Source: Candidatus Bathyarchaeota archaeon
Lineage (GTDB): Archaea; Thermoproteota; Bathyarchaeia; Bathyarchaeales; Bathycorpusculaceae
DNA length: 64,000 nt
Assembly: GCA_963717465.1 (NCBI GenBank)
Contig: OY970340.1
Location: forward strand, 2,624,001 to 2,688,000
Direction of reading: 5' to 3'
The position numbers and the translations under genes were made by a program. The stretch's first letter is position 1, and each line of letters begins with the position of its first letter. Shown here one piece after another: positions 1-12,506 of the stretch. Below the pieces are notes generated by a model. The model saw only the letters and a list, made by a program, of their open reading frames with translations, was not told where the DNA came from and did no database searches.

Positions 1-27
1 TTGAAGGGAAAATTTTGAACCAGCATC

Positions 28-112
28 CAATTTAATTCTAAATTACTGAACAAAAGAATAGGCAAATTTTTGCCCAGAATTTTTGTTCAATTTAATTCTA
101 AATTACTGAACA
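28..112. repeat. 25-bp direct repeat (CAATTTAATTCTAAATTACTGAACA) with 60-bp period
   Basis: Identical copies at 28-52 and 88-112. Confidence 0.85.
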
Positions 113-149
113 TTAGAACATGAATTTTCCTTAAGAAACTATGAAAAGT

Positions 150-259
150 TTCTTTCCTATTTTGTGGTTTTTGGCTTTTGCTTCGTTAGTAGGTTTCTAA
201 AATAAAAGTTATTAAGAAAAAAGCTAACCAAAAACATTCTGACAATTTTAGGAACAGCC
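150..259. mobile_element. IS/MITE-like end, dispersed ~110-bp repeat
   Basis: Reverse complement matches 50877-50986; ends TTTAGGAACAGCC like the inverted repeats of the 35063-35524 element. Confidence 0.6.
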
Positions 260-330
260 GTGCACGCTTTTCAGAATAGTCTTTAGCGAGAAAATAATTC
301 GAGACCTGGCGAGTTCAGATAGATACCGTC

Positions 331-525
331 TTATCCTCTATTTGGAGCAAGTTTGAATTGGCGTCTTTGTTTTTTGCCACGGGACCTCCTTGATCCTGCT
401 TCTTGCTCATCAAATTTCTCAGGTACTTTTTTGTTCTCACCAGTGTGCTTCTTCTCTACCTTTTTTTCGTAAGTTCGCGGCTTTGTTTCCTGTTCAGTCT
501 TTTTCACATTTTCTTTCTCACTCAT
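331..525 (-). CDS. small basic hypothetical protein
   Basis: ATG preceded by GAGGTGA RBS; K/E-rich ORF. Confidence 0.55.
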   Translation of the reverse strand: MSEKENVKKTEQETKPRTYEKKVEKKHTGENKKVPEKFDEQEAGSRRSRGKKQRRQFKLAPNRG

Positions 526-606
526 TTTCTTTCACCTCAGTTGCGAGGATTGTTTTCTTTTGGAAAAATATTAACTGAGTAATCGCTATTTTAGAGCCTT
601 GCCCGT

Positions 607-915
607 TTAGGGCTTTTGTTCTCTATCTTCACTGTAATCTCTATCCTCATGGGTTTCTTCTTCAGCTTCATCTTCGATTTCTTCTTCAGTCTCGCTTGCC
701 GCTTCACCCTCAGCCATTGATTTGTCTTCAGCTTCACCTTTTGGCGGATAAGCCTTGTCCAACCAGACTTCAAATTGTATCTTGCTGTCAGAGCTAGATA
801 AAGCCCAGTTACACAATTCATTAATAACCTTGCTAACGTCAATTTCGTGGTCGTCAGCTAAACGTGTCAAAAGTTCCTCCCAATTTATTTGTAAAGACAC
901 TGAAAAACTACCCAT
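607..915 (-). CDS. small protein with acidic tail
   Basis: ORF with RBS; a degraded paralog of its C-terminus is at 49743-49872. Confidence 0.7.
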   Translation of the reverse strand: MGSFSVSLQINWEELLTRLADDHEIDVSKVINELCNWALSSSDSKIQFEVWLDKAYPPKGEAEDKSMAEGEAASETEEEIEDEAEEETHEDRDYSEDREQKP

Positions 916-1195
916 CTAAAACGATCTCCGCAGTGTTTGTTAGTGCAAAGCAATATTTAAACTTCAAATATACTTGAGAATTTACTTTTCAGTTTTTTGA
1001 TTCTTTGCTACTGAACCCTTTTCCAAATCGCTCTATGGGCAATTAATACTTGAATAGTCAACTATGGACTAAGTTACCTTTAGCTCTTTTATCAGTTTCA
1101 GTTGTTTTGAGACCACAGTATGAGCAGTTTTGTATTAGGACAAGGGAAGCGGTTAACTATGCAATGTTTGGATTTATTTAAAAAAAGAAAGTAAT

Positions 1196-2839
1196 TTATT
1201 CTTCAGGCATACCACGCGGCATTCCTCCGCCTGGGCCACCTTTGGGGCCTTTGGCAGTTATGATGTCGTCTACTCGCAATATCATGGTCACTGATTCGGC
1301 TGCTGATTTAATAGCTTGCTCTTTAACAACGATTGGTTCGATGACTCCGTTTTCAATGCTGTCTTGCAGTTTACCTGTAAATAAGTTAATGCCAATATAC
1401 TTGCCATCCTCTTTATCATGCATTTGACGTAGTTCCATTAGTGTGTCTATTTGGTCCAAACCGCCGTTCTCTGCAAGCGTACGTGGAATTACTTCAACTG
1501 CATCTGCGAAAGCTTCTACTGCAAGTTGCTGCCTTCCTCCGACTTTGGTTGAGTAGTTGTGTAATCCTTTAGCGATTTCAATTTCGATTGCCCCGCCGCC
1601 AGCTACGATTTTGTTGTTTTCTGTAACATCTGAAATTACTGACAAGGCATCGATTAGTACTCTTTCAGCTTCATCCACCATTCTTTCAAGCCCTGCACGT
1701 ATCAGTATGGCTACTGAGTGTGGATCCTTGCATTTTTCAACGAAAATCATTTTGTCCTCGCCGATTTTGCGTTCTTCTACTAAGCCGGCAAAACCCAAGT
1801 CTGCTGTCATTAAATCATTCAAATTGGATGTCACTTTTCCGCCTGTGGCTCTAGCGAGTTTTTCCATATCTGACTCTTTGACGCGTTGTGCGGCCATTAT
1901 GCCCTCTTTAGAAAGATGATGTTGTACCATGTCGTCGATTCCTTTTTGGCAGAACACAACGTTTGCACCTGAAGCTTTGATCTTGGTTGTCATCATCTTA
2001 AGTGTGCTGTCCTCTTGATCGAGGAAAGCTTTCATCTGATTTGGCTCATGTATGCGTATTTCTGCGCTCATTTCGGTTTTTTCAATTTCTAGCGCCATAT
2101 CTAAAAGTACGATTTTCGCGTTCTCTATCTTTCTGGGCATCCCCGAATTGACGACTTCTTTGTCTATGATTATGCCTCTAATGAGTTGCGTCTCGATGAG
2201 GCTCCTGCCCGCCTTTTTTACCAGTTGTATGTTATCTATGTCGGCTATAATCCGTTCTCCTTGCTTCTGGGCTACCTGCTTTACAGCTTTTAGAGCTATT
2301 TCTGCAAAGTGCTCTTTAGCACTACCCACAGATTTGCTTCCCATTGACGTTAAAGCAACTTTCATCATCATTTTGTGATCCTCAACGTCAATATCCACTC
2401 CGTTTTTAGCTATGATTTCGATTGCTTTTTGGGCTGCTTTTCGGTATCCGCTTACTAGTACTGTTGGGTGAACGTTTTGGTCTAGTAGTTCTTCAGCTTT
2501 TTTGAGAAGTTCGCTTGATAATATTACTGCTGTAGTTGTTCCGTCGCCAACCATGTCATCTTGTGTTTTGGCGATTTCGATCATCATTCTTGCTGCTGGA
2601 TGCTCCGCGTCCATTTCCTTGAGAATTGTGGCGCCGTCGTTCGTTATAGTGATGTCACCTAAGCTATCAATTAGCATTTTGTCCATGCCTCGTGGGCCTA
2701 GAGTTGTTTTGAGTATTTCACCGATCACTTGGGCTGCCATAATGTTGTCTCGTTGGGCTTCTCTCCCTCTGCTTCGGGTTGTTCCTTCCTTTAAGATGAT
2801 TACTGGTTGACCACTTTGGGTTTGCGTTAAATATGCCAT
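1196..2839 (-). CDS. thermosome (group II chaperonin) subunit
   Basis: [26 protein letters not shown] motifs; GGGM tail. Confidence 0.97.
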   Translation of the reverse strand: MAYLTQTQSGQPVIILKEGTTRSRGREAQRDNIMAAQVIGEILKTTLGPRGMDKMLIDSLGDITITNDGATILKEMDAEHPAARMMIEIAKTQDDMVGDGTTTAVILSSELLKKAEELLDQNVHPTVLVSGYRKAAQKAIEIIAKNGVDIDVEDHKMMMKVALTSMGSKSVGSAKEHFAEIALKAVKQVAQKQGERIIADIDNIQLVKKAGRSLIETQLIRGIIIDKEVVNSGMPRKIENAKIVLLDMALEIEKTEMSAEIRIHEPNQMKAFLDQEDSTLKMMTTKIKASGANVVFCQKGIDDMVQHHLSKEGIMAAQRVKESDMEKLARATGGKVTSNLNDLMTADLGFAGLVEERKIGEDKMIFVEKCKDPHSVAILIRAGLERMVDEAERVLIDALSVISDVTENNKIVAGGGAIEIEIAKGLHNYSTKVGGRQQLAVEAFADAVEVIPRTLAENGGLDQIDTLMELRQMHDKEDGKYIGINLFTGKLQDSIENGVIEPIVVKEQAIKSAAESVTMILRVDDIITAKGPKGGPGGGMPRGMPEE

Positions 2840-3714
2840 TTTATTTATACCTCAATATTATTCAAATAGTCTTTCTTTAGCTTAGTCAGCGTTTTTTAGA
2901 AAATCGTGGTGCTCGTTCATACCTCTGAGTTATATCGATTTTAGTTTGACCCAGAAGAGACTGGAGACTTGACACTTTGACTGCTGCAAAACTGCTGACT
3001 TTGCAACTTATACATTGTTACACAGGGATTTAAACTCGTTACAACTCATTTTATAATTCAAAACAAGTTAGTCATGGGTAAGCAATAGAGTAACTAAGTA
3101 TGATCACTTGGCAGACTTATTCCAGGGCAAGTACAGATATTGAAGTTAGTGGTGTTGGCCTTCTAGCAAATTGGCAGGAACGCGAGTCTATCATTTTTAA
3201 TACTAATACTCATTTTCGTTAACAGGGTAATTTTTTCGTTCAAAAATAACATCGCCGAGTTGCAGACCTGAACAGGTTCAAATGTTTTTTATCGAAGCAA
3301 TATTTTTTCAAAAATCAGCATTTCTCCCTTATCAGTGGTCCGCTGGGCTTTGCTACTCTAGAAGAGCATTTATTCTGTTTTTTCCCTTCTTTTTACCTTT
3401 TTTGTTAATAGTTGAAGTGCACTCAACTTTTCAGCTGCGCTCATCCGCATCTATTCGCTCGACTGAGAAGCGATTGGCTAGAAAATTTATAAACTTGAAT
3501 TTAAGGCAAAGAGTAACAGAAAAATTGAATAAACAATTAAGTTATGAAAAATAAGAAACTTAATTATATTCTTCTTACTAGAGATAGTTGTTAGCCAATT
3601 CGATTGTGCTGAATATATAAATTTATGAATTGCACCTGAAATATTTTTTAGAAAAGGGTCATCAAGTTAATATCGTAGAATTTAAATGTAAATTGAAAAA
3701 AAAAGGTTTGAATC

Positions 3715-6700
3715 TTGGGTTCTTCTGAGGATAAAAGCACGTTCGAGTTTCCGATTGTAGGAATTGGTGCTTCTGCAGGCGGCTTAGATCCAATCAGAAA
3801 ACTGCTTGAGGACTTGCCCGTTGACACAGGCATGGCGTTTGTAGTTATTCAGCATTTAGCTGCCGGACAGGAAAGTATGCTTCCTGAAATCCTCTCACGG
3901 TCCACCGAAATGAGAGTTCTTCAAGTCAAAGACGGCATGAAGGTTGAAAAAAATCAAGTTTATGTAATAACTCCCGGAACCACGATGACGTTGCAAAAGG
4001 AATATCTTAGAGTTATTCCAAAAGGAATAGCGCTCAAACCGATCAACGATTTTATGGTTTCCTTAGCCTTGGAGCGAAAAGCCCAAGCAATCGGAATTGT
4101 GTTATCAGGAACAGGTAATGATGGAACTGAAGGGTTGAAAGCAATTAAATCTGAAGGTGGCATAACATTTGTACAGGACCCAGAAACTGCCCAATACGCT
4201 GATATGCCTCGCAATGCAATAGAAGCCCAAATTGCATATTTTATTCTTTCACCAGAAAACATCGTGAAAGATCTAGTGAGAATCGCCAAGAACCCTCAAA
4301 TTCGTTTTGAAACAGAAGCTCCTGAGCTAAATAAAACTGAAAGTTCACTGAAGAAAATTCTCACAATGCTTAATGTCTCATTCGGCATTGATTTTACTCA
4401 CTATAAGGCAACTACCATAAACAGACGTTTGGCACGGCGTATGGTGATTAACAAGATTGAAACAGACAAGGAATATATTGCGTTTCTGCGATCGCATCCC
4501 AAAGAACTAGACGAGTTGTTTGATGACTTGCTTATAGGTGTTACAAGTTTCTTTAGAGAATCCCAAACATTTGAAGTTTTAAAGAAAAAAGTGTTTCCCG
4601 AGCTAGTCAAAAACAGATCAGTTAATGACTCAATACGTATCTGGGTTCCTGGATGTTCCACAGGTGAAGAAGTATATTCTCTTGCGATAGCAATACTGGA
4701 ATTTCTTGAAGAAAAATCCATTACAAGTCTGCGGGTTCAGATTTTTGGCACTGATGCAAATGAAAAAAATATTGACAAAGCGCGACATGGGCTGTATCCA
4801 AAGACAATAGATGAACAGGTTGCTCAAGACAGGCTTAAAAGGTTCTTTGAAGTACAAAATGGAAATTACCAAATATCTAAACTCATCAGGGATATGTGTA
4901 TATTCGCAAAGCAGGATATAACCAATGATCCACCTTTCTCTAACTTAGACCTCATAATGTGCCGGAACGTTCTCATCTATTTTGATTCACTTCTCCATGA
5001 AAAGATGTTCCCAATCTTTCATTATGGGCTAAAAAACAACGGTTTTCTTGTTATCGGCGAATCCGAAAGCATTGGAAAATACAATTATTTGTTTGAACAA
5101 ATTACGTCTAAAGGCTTAATTTTCAAGAAGAAACATGCTCAACCCCAAGTCTTTTTACGTCCAGATACATTTGTTCCATACTCTCCCGCTAAGAAGGCTA
5201 AACAGCTTGAAAAACCCAATGCTATGGTTTTGCTGAAAGAGGAAACCGACCGTATATTAATGGCTGAGTATGTTCCCGCATCTTTGCTAATAAATAATAA
5301 TTTGGAGATTTTATTTTTTCGTGGTCAGGTTAACCCATTTCTTGCTCACGAACCAGGAGCAGCAAGTTTGAATGCGGCAAAGCTTGTCCGAAAAGAGTTG
5401 AGAACAGATGTTCAAACCATGATTTACCGCGCGAGAAAAGAGAATAAGGCTCTTAAAGAAAAAGTACAGTTGAAACTTGAAGAACAACAAAAAAACATTA
5501 CTATTCAAGTTAAACCTTTAAAATTAGCGGATTATGAAGAGCCGTTCTTTTTGATAACCTTTGAAGAACAGCCGTTACCTCGCATGCTTTCAGGTAAAGA
5601 AGCCAAATATCCTACACCTGCTAAAAATGAAACTGCCAAAGATAAACAGATTCAAGAGCTTAGAGAGGATTTGGAGTCAACTAAGCAGTCTTTGCAAACT
5701 ATTATTGAAGCGCAAGAGGCAACCAACGAAGAGTTGCGGTCAACAATGGAAGAATCGCAATCTAGCAATGAAGAATTGCAGAGCACTAACGAGGAGTTGG
5801 AAACGGCAAAGGAGGAGCTGCAGTCAAGTAATGAGGAATTGCAGACGCTTAATGAAGAGCTCAATAACCGAAATTTAACTCTTGGCCGCTTGAATGATGA
5901 TTTAACTAATCTGCAAACAAATATCGATCTTCCAGTGGTTATTGTCGATAGAGACTTGAGAATTAGGCGCTTTACAAGCTCGGCTCAAGAGCTTTTCAAG
6001 ATTTCGCCATCTGATGTTGGGCGTTCAATTATCACCATTAATTCAGTAGTTTATAATGCAAATTTAGAAAAGATAATAGCGGATGTGATTTCCAAACTTT
6101 CGCCGGTCAACCTGAGAAGTTACCTGTGCTGGCGACCGTTTATTTGAAATGAGGGTTCGACCGTACTTATCCAACGAAAAAAAAATTGATGGCGCAGTCT
6201 TAACCTTCTCAGACATTACCGAACGCAAGAAAGCTGAATTGATGCTTGAAGAGTACAAGATTAGCTTAGAGAAGCTTGTTGAAGAGCGAACAAAGAAACT
6301 TGAAATCATCGCGTTATATGCTCGAAATTTAATTGAAGCAAGTCTTGACCCTTTGGTAACTATTAGCGTTGAAGGTAAAATTACTGACGTTAACAAATCC
6401 ACAGAGATGGTCACTGGCTGCCAAAGAAAAGAATTAATTGGCAGCGACTTCTCGAATTACTTTACTGACCAAGAAAAAGCAACGAGCGGATACAAGCAAG
6501 TCTTAACCAAAGGCTTTGTGAAAGATTACCCCTTGGTAATTAAACATAAATCTGGAAAAACTACTGAAGTATTGTACAATGCCACCGTTTACACGAATAA
6601 TGCGGGCGAAATACAAGGCGTTTTTGCGGCGGCAAGAGACATTACTGAGCTTAGAAAGGCAGAAAAAGAGGCTCAGGAAGCAGCAAAGAAACTAAAAGAT

Positions 6701-7366
6701 TCTGAGCGTTTAGCAACTATAGGTATTACAGCTGGTATGGTAGGTCATGATATTCGTAACCCATTGCAGGCTATAAGTGGCGATGTATATTTGGCGAAAA
6801 CCGAGTTGGCTTCAACGCCTGAGAGCGAAGCTAAAAAGACCGCATTGGAAAGTTTGGATGAGATTGAAAAGAGCATTTCTTATATTAATAAGATCATAGT
6901 TGATCTGCAAGATTTCGCTAAGCCGTTAGCTCCAAAACTTGAGGAAATTGATCTTGAACAAACAGTTCACTTGGTCTTAGCTACACTGGATATGCCTGAA
7001 AAAATAGACTTTTCGCTGGCTATCAGCGAGGGTTTTCCAAAACTTAAAACTGATCCAACATACATCCGAAGAATACTGACAAATTTATCCAACAATGCCA
7101 TTCAAGCAATGCCAAAAGGAGGCAAACTTGCAATAACTGCGGCTATCATAAGTGGCAAAGCCGTTATTACTGTTGAAGATACAGGTGAGGGCATAGCTGA
7201 AAGCGTCAGAAGCAAAATATTCACACCACTAGAGACGACAAAAGCCAAAGGTCAAGGCTTTGGCTTAGCCGTGGTTAAAAGGTTTACAGAAGCATTGGGT
7301 GGAACAGTCAGGTTTGAAAGTGAGGTTGGAAAAGGAACTAAATTTATTGTCGAATTTACTGTCTAA
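3715..7366 (+). CDS. CheB-CheR-PAS histidine kinase fusion, split by a +1 frameshift near 6116
   Basis: GIGASAGG (CheB), WVPGCSTGEE and CRNVLIYF (CheR), STNEEL coiled coil, PAS, H-box GHDIRNPL, GFGL G2 box; removing one base gives N-L-E-V-T-C-A-G-D-R-L-F-E-M-R across the break. Confidence 0.88.
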
Positions 7367-7574
7367 TTTTATGGATACAACGATTAAATTTTTTGCGTGC
7401 AGTTTAGCCAGCGTTAACTTGGGATTGGATTCCGAGACTCATCCTTTCATCAATGTCTTCAGTTTGTTTATCTCATTAAAGCGCGTCGCGCTAATAAAAA
7501 ATTCAAGTGCCACGCCACAAAATTCGTTAAATAATCTTTTTTAACAAAAAAGAAGGGGAGTGGTGTTTTTAGGT

Positions 7575-8378
7575 TTACCTGAAGAGTCTCCAGACGATTG
7601 CAGCTATGATTCCGCCGATAATCGGTGCGACTATGAAAATCCACAGTTGACTGAGAGCTGTGCCGCCGACGAAAACTGCTGGTCCCAGGCTTCTTGCGGG
7701 GTTCACTGAGGTTCCATCGATTGGTATTCCGACAAGATGCACCATCGTTAAAGTTAATCCGATTGCTAATCCTGCAAATCCTTTAGGTGCCCGTTCATGT
7801 GTAGCGCCGTGAACAACAAGCACGAAAATAAAAGTTAGCACAACTTCTGCAAGAAAGACAGCTGCCAAAGAGGAGTTAGTTAACGAAGCGCTTCCATAGC
7901 CATTTTGACCTAGACCGACTTGAGCTAAAGAGTAAAATTGACTTCCTGTGCCTATCACGTAGAGTATGCCTGCTCCGATTATTGCGCCTATGCATTGAAA
8001 GATAATGTAAAATACTGTATCTTTGACGCTTATTTTTCCTGCAATCAGCATTGAAATTGAAATTGCTGGGTTAATGTGGCATCCTGAAATTCCGCCTATC
8101 GCGTAAACCATGGTTAAAACTGCTAGACCAAAAGCAAAAGCTACTCCAAAATAAACATAAAAAAGACCGCCAGTAACTCCGAAAATACTAATAGAGTACG
8201 TTTTTGCGACAACCGCACTGCCGCAGCCTATAAGCACTAGCACCATAGTTCCTATCAGTTCAGCTGTATACTTTTTTATCGGCGCAATCGCGGGTACAGG
8301 TGACGGTGGCTCAGATACCTTTGATATCTTCTCTTTTACTTCTTCGCCTGCTGATAATTTATTTTCCATTTCCTTCAC
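7575..8378 (-). CDS. aqpZ: aquaporin (MIP family)
   Basis: SGCHINPA and SVNPARS NPA boxes; hydrophobic helices. Confidence 0.92.
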   Translation of the reverse strand: MKEMENKLSAGEEVKEKISKVSEPPSPVPAIAPIKKYTAELIGTMVLVLIGCGSAVVAKTYSISIFGVTGGLFYVYFGVAFAFGLAVLTMVYAIGGISGCHINPAISISMLIAGKISVKDTVFYIIFQCIGAIIGAGILYVIGTGSQFYSLAQVGLGQNGYGSASLTNSSLAAVFLAEVVLTFIFVLVVHGATHERAPKGFAGLAIGLTLTMVHLVGIPIDGTSVNPARSLGPAVFVGGTALSQLWIFIVAPIIGGIIAAIVWRLFR

Positions 8379-8598
8379 CTTTTTTAGTCTTTAGTTAGCG
8401 CTTATAATAGTATCTATCTGGGGTTCTGTTAAGCTCCTAAGGGATGGGCGTTTCCCCGCGCGCTCCGTCGGCGGCGTCAGAAACAAAACTTTTGCGAACT
8501 TCGCCATTAACCGCCACCGGACTGGGTTTCACAAGAGCACCAAGAGTCATAGACGCACGCTTGCTCTACTTGCACGCTAAGTGCATTCTGCCGTCACT

Positions 8599-8632
8599 TG
8601 TTGTAGTTGCTTGACAGTCACATATGCTTAAT
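8599..8632 (+). promoter_or_regulatory. TGT/ACA dyad box plus TATA-like box
   Basis: tgttgt agttgc ttgaca gtcaca tatg cttaat; same architecture at 12 other sites. Confidence 0.7.
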
Positions 8633-8665
8633 TGCTATACAACCAAGCTATAAGTTGTGAGTTAA

Positions 8666-8902
8666 ATGGCTTTTAGTAATAGATTAGGAATTATGTCTCA
8701 TATTATCCGTCTCTGCGGAACAGCGAAAGACAAGGGTAGGATTATGAACAGGTTAGGTTTGAATGATGTTCAAGCAGAATCCTATTTGACAATTCTCATG
8801 CAGCAAAGCATGATTATGCAAAACAACGGCAGATATGTCATAACAACAAAAGGACAAGGTTACATCTCATCCTACAATAGACTTAGAAAAATGGTGCTCT
8901 AA
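8666..8902 (+). CDS. small winged-helix DNA-binding protein
   Basis: YLxIL...GRYVITTKG wHTH pattern; same-length paralog at 32093-32329. Confidence 0.8.
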   Translation: MAFSNRLGIMSHIIRLCGTAKDKGRIMNRLGLNDVQAESYLTILMQQSMIMQNNGRYVITTKGQGYISSYNRLRKMVL

Positions 8903-8947
8903 GTGTTAGCTAGCGCTTTTGAATCATGATTTAGAGGCAAATTATAT

Positions 8948-9934
8948 ATGAGAACAATTGGACTTGAAGAAACTTATGCTACTCCTAAATTAATAAAAGC
9001 TCAAGCTGAAGCAGCAAAAAAAAATTTTGGTGGGGAAGTACCACGGATGGATTCGCAGATTGATGTTATGATGAAGCAGTTGATTGACATTGGTGAAGGC
9101 AGGATTAAAATTTTGGATCAAGCAGGTATAGACGTCCAGGTGTTATCGTTGTTTGCTGCAACAGTGCAACTGGACGCATCTTCGATGATGGATTTATCAA
9201 TAGATGCGAACGATTATCTTGCTAATGCTATACAAAAATATCCAACTCGTTTTGCAGGATTCGCAGCTTTACCAATGGCTTTTCCAGAAAAAGCAGCTGA
9301 TGAGTTAGAACGAAGGGTTAAAGAAAATGGTTTCAAAGGTGCAATAATCAATGGACATGTTAATGGCCGCTATTTGGATGATGAATTCTTCTGGCCTATT
9401 CTTGAGCGTGCCGAAGAACTAAGAGTTCCAATTTACCTTCACCCTACAATTCCACCGCAACCTGTGATCCAAGCCTCATATACTGGAAACTTTTCACCTG
9501 AAGTATCTTCTATTTTGCAACGTTATGCTTGGGGCTGGCACATTGAAACCGGAACACATATCCTTAGAATTATTCTAAGCGGAGCATTTGATAAATACCC
9601 TAATTTACAATTTATAATCGGTCACATGGGTGAAGCGCTCCCATTCATGCTACCAAGAATCGATGATTCATTAACCAAGGAAACGACTAAGCTAAAACAT
9701 TCAATGAGTACATACCTTCGTGAAAATATTTTTTACACATTCAGTGGCATGAACTACAATCAAACATTCCTTAACTTATTGCTCGAAGTGGGAGCAGATC
9801 GTATCATGTTCTCAACCGATTACCCCTTTGTCGAATGGGATAAAGCACGCGCTTTCTTAGATCAACTTCCAGTGAGCACTGCTGATAAAGAAAAAATTGC
9901 ACATGGCAATGCAGAGCGCCTACTACGAATGTGA
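8948..9934 (+). CDS. amidohydrolase_2 family protein (aromatic-acid decarboxylase-like)
   Basis: YLHP, GHMGE, FSTDYPF, GNAERLL motifs. Confidence 0.9.
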   Translation: MRTIGLEETYATPKLIKAQAEAAKKNFGGEVPRMDSQIDVMMKQLIDIGEGRIKILDQAGIDVQVLSLFAATVQLDASSMMDLSIDANDYLANAIQKYPTRFAGFAALPMAFPEKAADELERRVKENGFKGAIINGHVNGRYLDDEFFWPILERAEELRVPIYLHPTIPPQPVIQASYTGNFSPEVSSILQRYAWGWHIETGTHILRIILSGAFDKYPNLQFIIGHMGEALPFMLPRIDDSLTKETTKLKHSMSTYLRENIFYTFSGMNYNQTFLNLLLEVGADRIMFSTDYPFVEWDKARAFLDQLPVSTADKEKIAHGNAERLLRM

Positions 9935-10218
9935 TTAAGCACTCGAACTTAAAGACAGGGGTATAATACCTCCATTTAACACAAGTAAAGCAGATATGCA
10001 GTCGCTAAATCCTTCTAGCCTGTCTATGTTTCTAGCGCCCGCTACAAGCATGCTTTTTACTAACGTAAGATTTAGATTGGAAAAAGCACTCATTGCATCA
10101 CTAAAATTTTTTCCTAACATTATGTATACTTTAACTTGTCTCTCTGCTTATTGGTAGGGTCGTTTTATGAATCGTCTTTTTTATATTTTTAACTATTCAG
10201 AAATTGTCGTGAGCCAAA

Positions 10219-10431
10219 ATGGATGAAAAATGTAAGGTTATAACTGAGGATGATTTGCTTGTAGATTTGACTTTTCAGGGTTTTTCTGCAAGTTTACTTA
10301 AAGATTTTGCTTCAATAGTTAATCCTTATTTCAATAATAACTTGAATGCTGCAATCGTAAGTCTAATGGAGAAAGCCATCAAAGAAGAAACTATTGCTTT
10401 ACGAGCGCTATGTGTTGAGGATGATGGTTGA
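10219..10431 (+). CDS. hypothetical protein
   Basis: 70-aa ORF; stop overlaps the next ATG. Confidence 0.6.
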   Translation: MDEKCKVITEDDLLVDLTFQGFSASLLKDFASIVNPYFNNNLNAAIVSLMEKAIKEETIALRALCVEDDG

Positions 10432-10595
10432 CCTTCTAGCTTGTCCTTGCGATGCATGCGGTAAACCTATTGGCGGTGGCTTTAGTTACTGCCTAAATGC
10501 AACATTTACTTTTGTTTTCTATGTCATTATCGGCTTATGATTTATCAGAACAATTTCCCCACTAAATGTCCAATATGTGTGGGAGATTCGAGTAA
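10424..10595 (+). CDS. four-CxxC RING-like micro-protein (frameshifted)
   Basis: Manual translation CDAC..C(LK)C..CFLC..CPIC, requiring 1-2 indels. Confidence 0.5.
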
Positions 10596-10725
10596 CAAGT
10601 TAGCGCTCGCTGATCAGATCAAAAAAAATCCTCAAAATAACTGATTTTGAAATTTTGCGAAATCTTTTTCGCAAACAGGTAAACGCTATCTCTCCAGACT
10701 ATTTATACGATTAACGAGTAAGTGA

Positions 10726-11316
10726 TTGTTTAGCAGAAGAAAGGGAAAAAGTTTAATGCTGAAAGAAAAAATCAAGAATTCACGTATTTATATTCTTATT
10801 CGTCAATTCAGCGAGTTCATCGTAAAAAATCTAGTTATGAGACCTTTAAACAAGCGTTTTATTATACTTATTTTAGGTATATTTTGTGTTTTAAGCTTAT
10901 TATCCGGGGTTATTGCTTCAAGCAATATTTCAGGTTTACTGAGCACTACTTCCTTCGCAAGCAAAGGATTAGTAAATACTCTAGCCACAACAGGAGACAT
11001 TAACGTTTATTGGAATAGTAATCTGACCAACAAGGTTTCAACTATAAATTGGGGAACAATATCTCCAGGCGCGTTTAGCAACATTACTATTTACGTCCAG
11101 AACATTGCAAGCACACCCGTGACCTTGAATCTATCTGCAACCGATTGGAACCCGACCAGTTGCTCCTCATACATGACCTTAACTTGGAATTATCTCCAAG
11201 GACAAGAATTACTAGCAGGTCAAAGCATCTTGATCGTCATTACCTTGCAAGTTTTAAGCAATATTACAGACATTACCAACTTTAGCTTCAACACCATGAT
11301 CAACGCAAATGCTTAG
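10726..11316 (+). CDS. secreted/membrane-anchored hypothetical protein (true start probably ~10837)
   Basis: Hydrophobic N-terminal helix, N/S/T-rich body. Confidence 0.7.
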   Translation: MFSRRKGKSLMLKEKIKNSRIYILIRQFSEFIVKNLVMRPLNKRFIILILGIFCVLSLLSGVIASSNISGLLSTTSFASKGLVNTLATTGDINVYWNSNLTNKVSTINWGTISPGAFSNITIYVQNIASTPVTLNLSATDWNPTSCSSYMTLTWNYLQGQELLAGQSILIVITLQVLSNITDITNFSFNTMINANA

Positions 11317-11930
11317 GCTTAAGGCAATTAGCGCGCTAGAATAATGGATATACCCAAAAAGGTACTTTTGATTCTGGAAGAGCATGTGAAGTTAAGAGAT
11401 TTCATCGTAAAAAATTTTTAATTAGTGATGCGGCTTTTGGAACTTAAAGAATTAGTGTGTGCTGGAAAACCTAGTTAAGCAAATTAACTTCGTGTTTGAG
11501 CCAAGTTTTTGAGTTTTGATAAGTCGTTTATAGCAGGTTGAGTCTAAGCCTTTAGGCGTTTACCAGCTCGTATATTATAGCGTGCTTTCGCATTGCTTGC
11601 CAGCTCTTAGCTGTTTAAATTGACAAGCCCTATGATTTACGAACGTCTTGAGCTTTCTTCTCAACCTGCAATTTATAAATATGTTAAATAAATCAATAAA
11701 TTTTTGTGACTGTTTAGCTACAGTCAATTAGCGCGCAGGGTTCTTCCCAATCGTTATAACGTAGTTTTTGGTCAAATTTCTTTTAAGATCTTGTTTAACA
11801 TAGAAAACTGTTTTTAGGGAGTGAAAGCAAAAAAAAGAAATTAAAACCAAGATTGAATTTAGGGACAAGCCGCGTGTTAAGTCAGTTTACCTCTTCTTGT
11901 TTGAGAAGAAAAAAAAGAAGGTTATTTTTT

Positions 11931-12434
11931 CTAAGGGGACTTGTAAAACTTCCATTTAGGCGCGCCGCATATGGGACAGTTATCAGGAGGTGAACCTTCT
12001 ACCGTGTTTCCGCAGACACCGCAAATATAATAGTCCATATCTTCAGTTGGTTTCTTTTTATTCATTGCGTCTAATGCCTTCTGGAAAAGATTAGCATGCA
12101 CTTTTTCAACCTCATTTGCCATTTCAAAGCTCCAAACAGCAGGTTTTTTACCTTCCTTCTTAGCTGTGTCTATGAATTCTGGGTACATGCTCTTGAACTC
12201 AGCCGTTTCGCCAGATACTGCCGCACTGAGATTTTCAAGAGTTGATTTCACCTGTCCAGTTATTCTCACTTGAATCAGCGCATGTACAGCTTCTGCCTCT
12301 GCTGCCGCTTTGAAAAGTTTGGCAATCTGAGTGAAGCCTTCTTCTTCAGCCTTTAGTGCAAACGCCAAGTATCGCCTGTTCGCTTGTGACTCACCAGCAA
12401 ATGCAGTTTTCAGATTCTCATCAGTTTTTGTCAT
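11931..12434 (-). CDS. rbr: rubrerythrin
   Basis: AFAGESQANRRY, ExxH motifs, C-terminal CGVC...CPIC; start placed at MTKTDENL. Confidence 0.93.
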   Translation of the reverse strand: MTKTDENLKTAFAGESQANRRYLAFALKAEEEGFTQIAKLFKAAAEAEAVHALIQVRITGQVKSTLENLSAAVSGETAEFKSMYPEFIDTAKKEGKKPAVWSFEMANEVEKVHANLFQKALDAMNKKKPTEDMDYYICGVCGNTVEGSPPDNCPICGAPKWKFYKSP

Positions 12435-12506
12435 ATCAATTAACCTTGCAAAGGTAATTGCAAAGTCACACATAATAAGCTACAATAACCGTTTCTAACG
12501 CGCGTT

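Noticed and set aside
28..112. Possible mini-CRISPR (25-bp repeat with 35-bp spacer)
   Set aside because: Only two units, the intervening sequences partly resemble each other, and no cas genes; the window edge limits certainty
1242..2810. Antisense ORFs over the thermosome (likewise over cheBR, glgP, ppsA, glgB)
   Set aside because: Shadows of well-supported genes on the opposite strand
8462..8553. GC-rich piece between seam words, possibly a coding fragment
   Set aside because: Too short to assign a family
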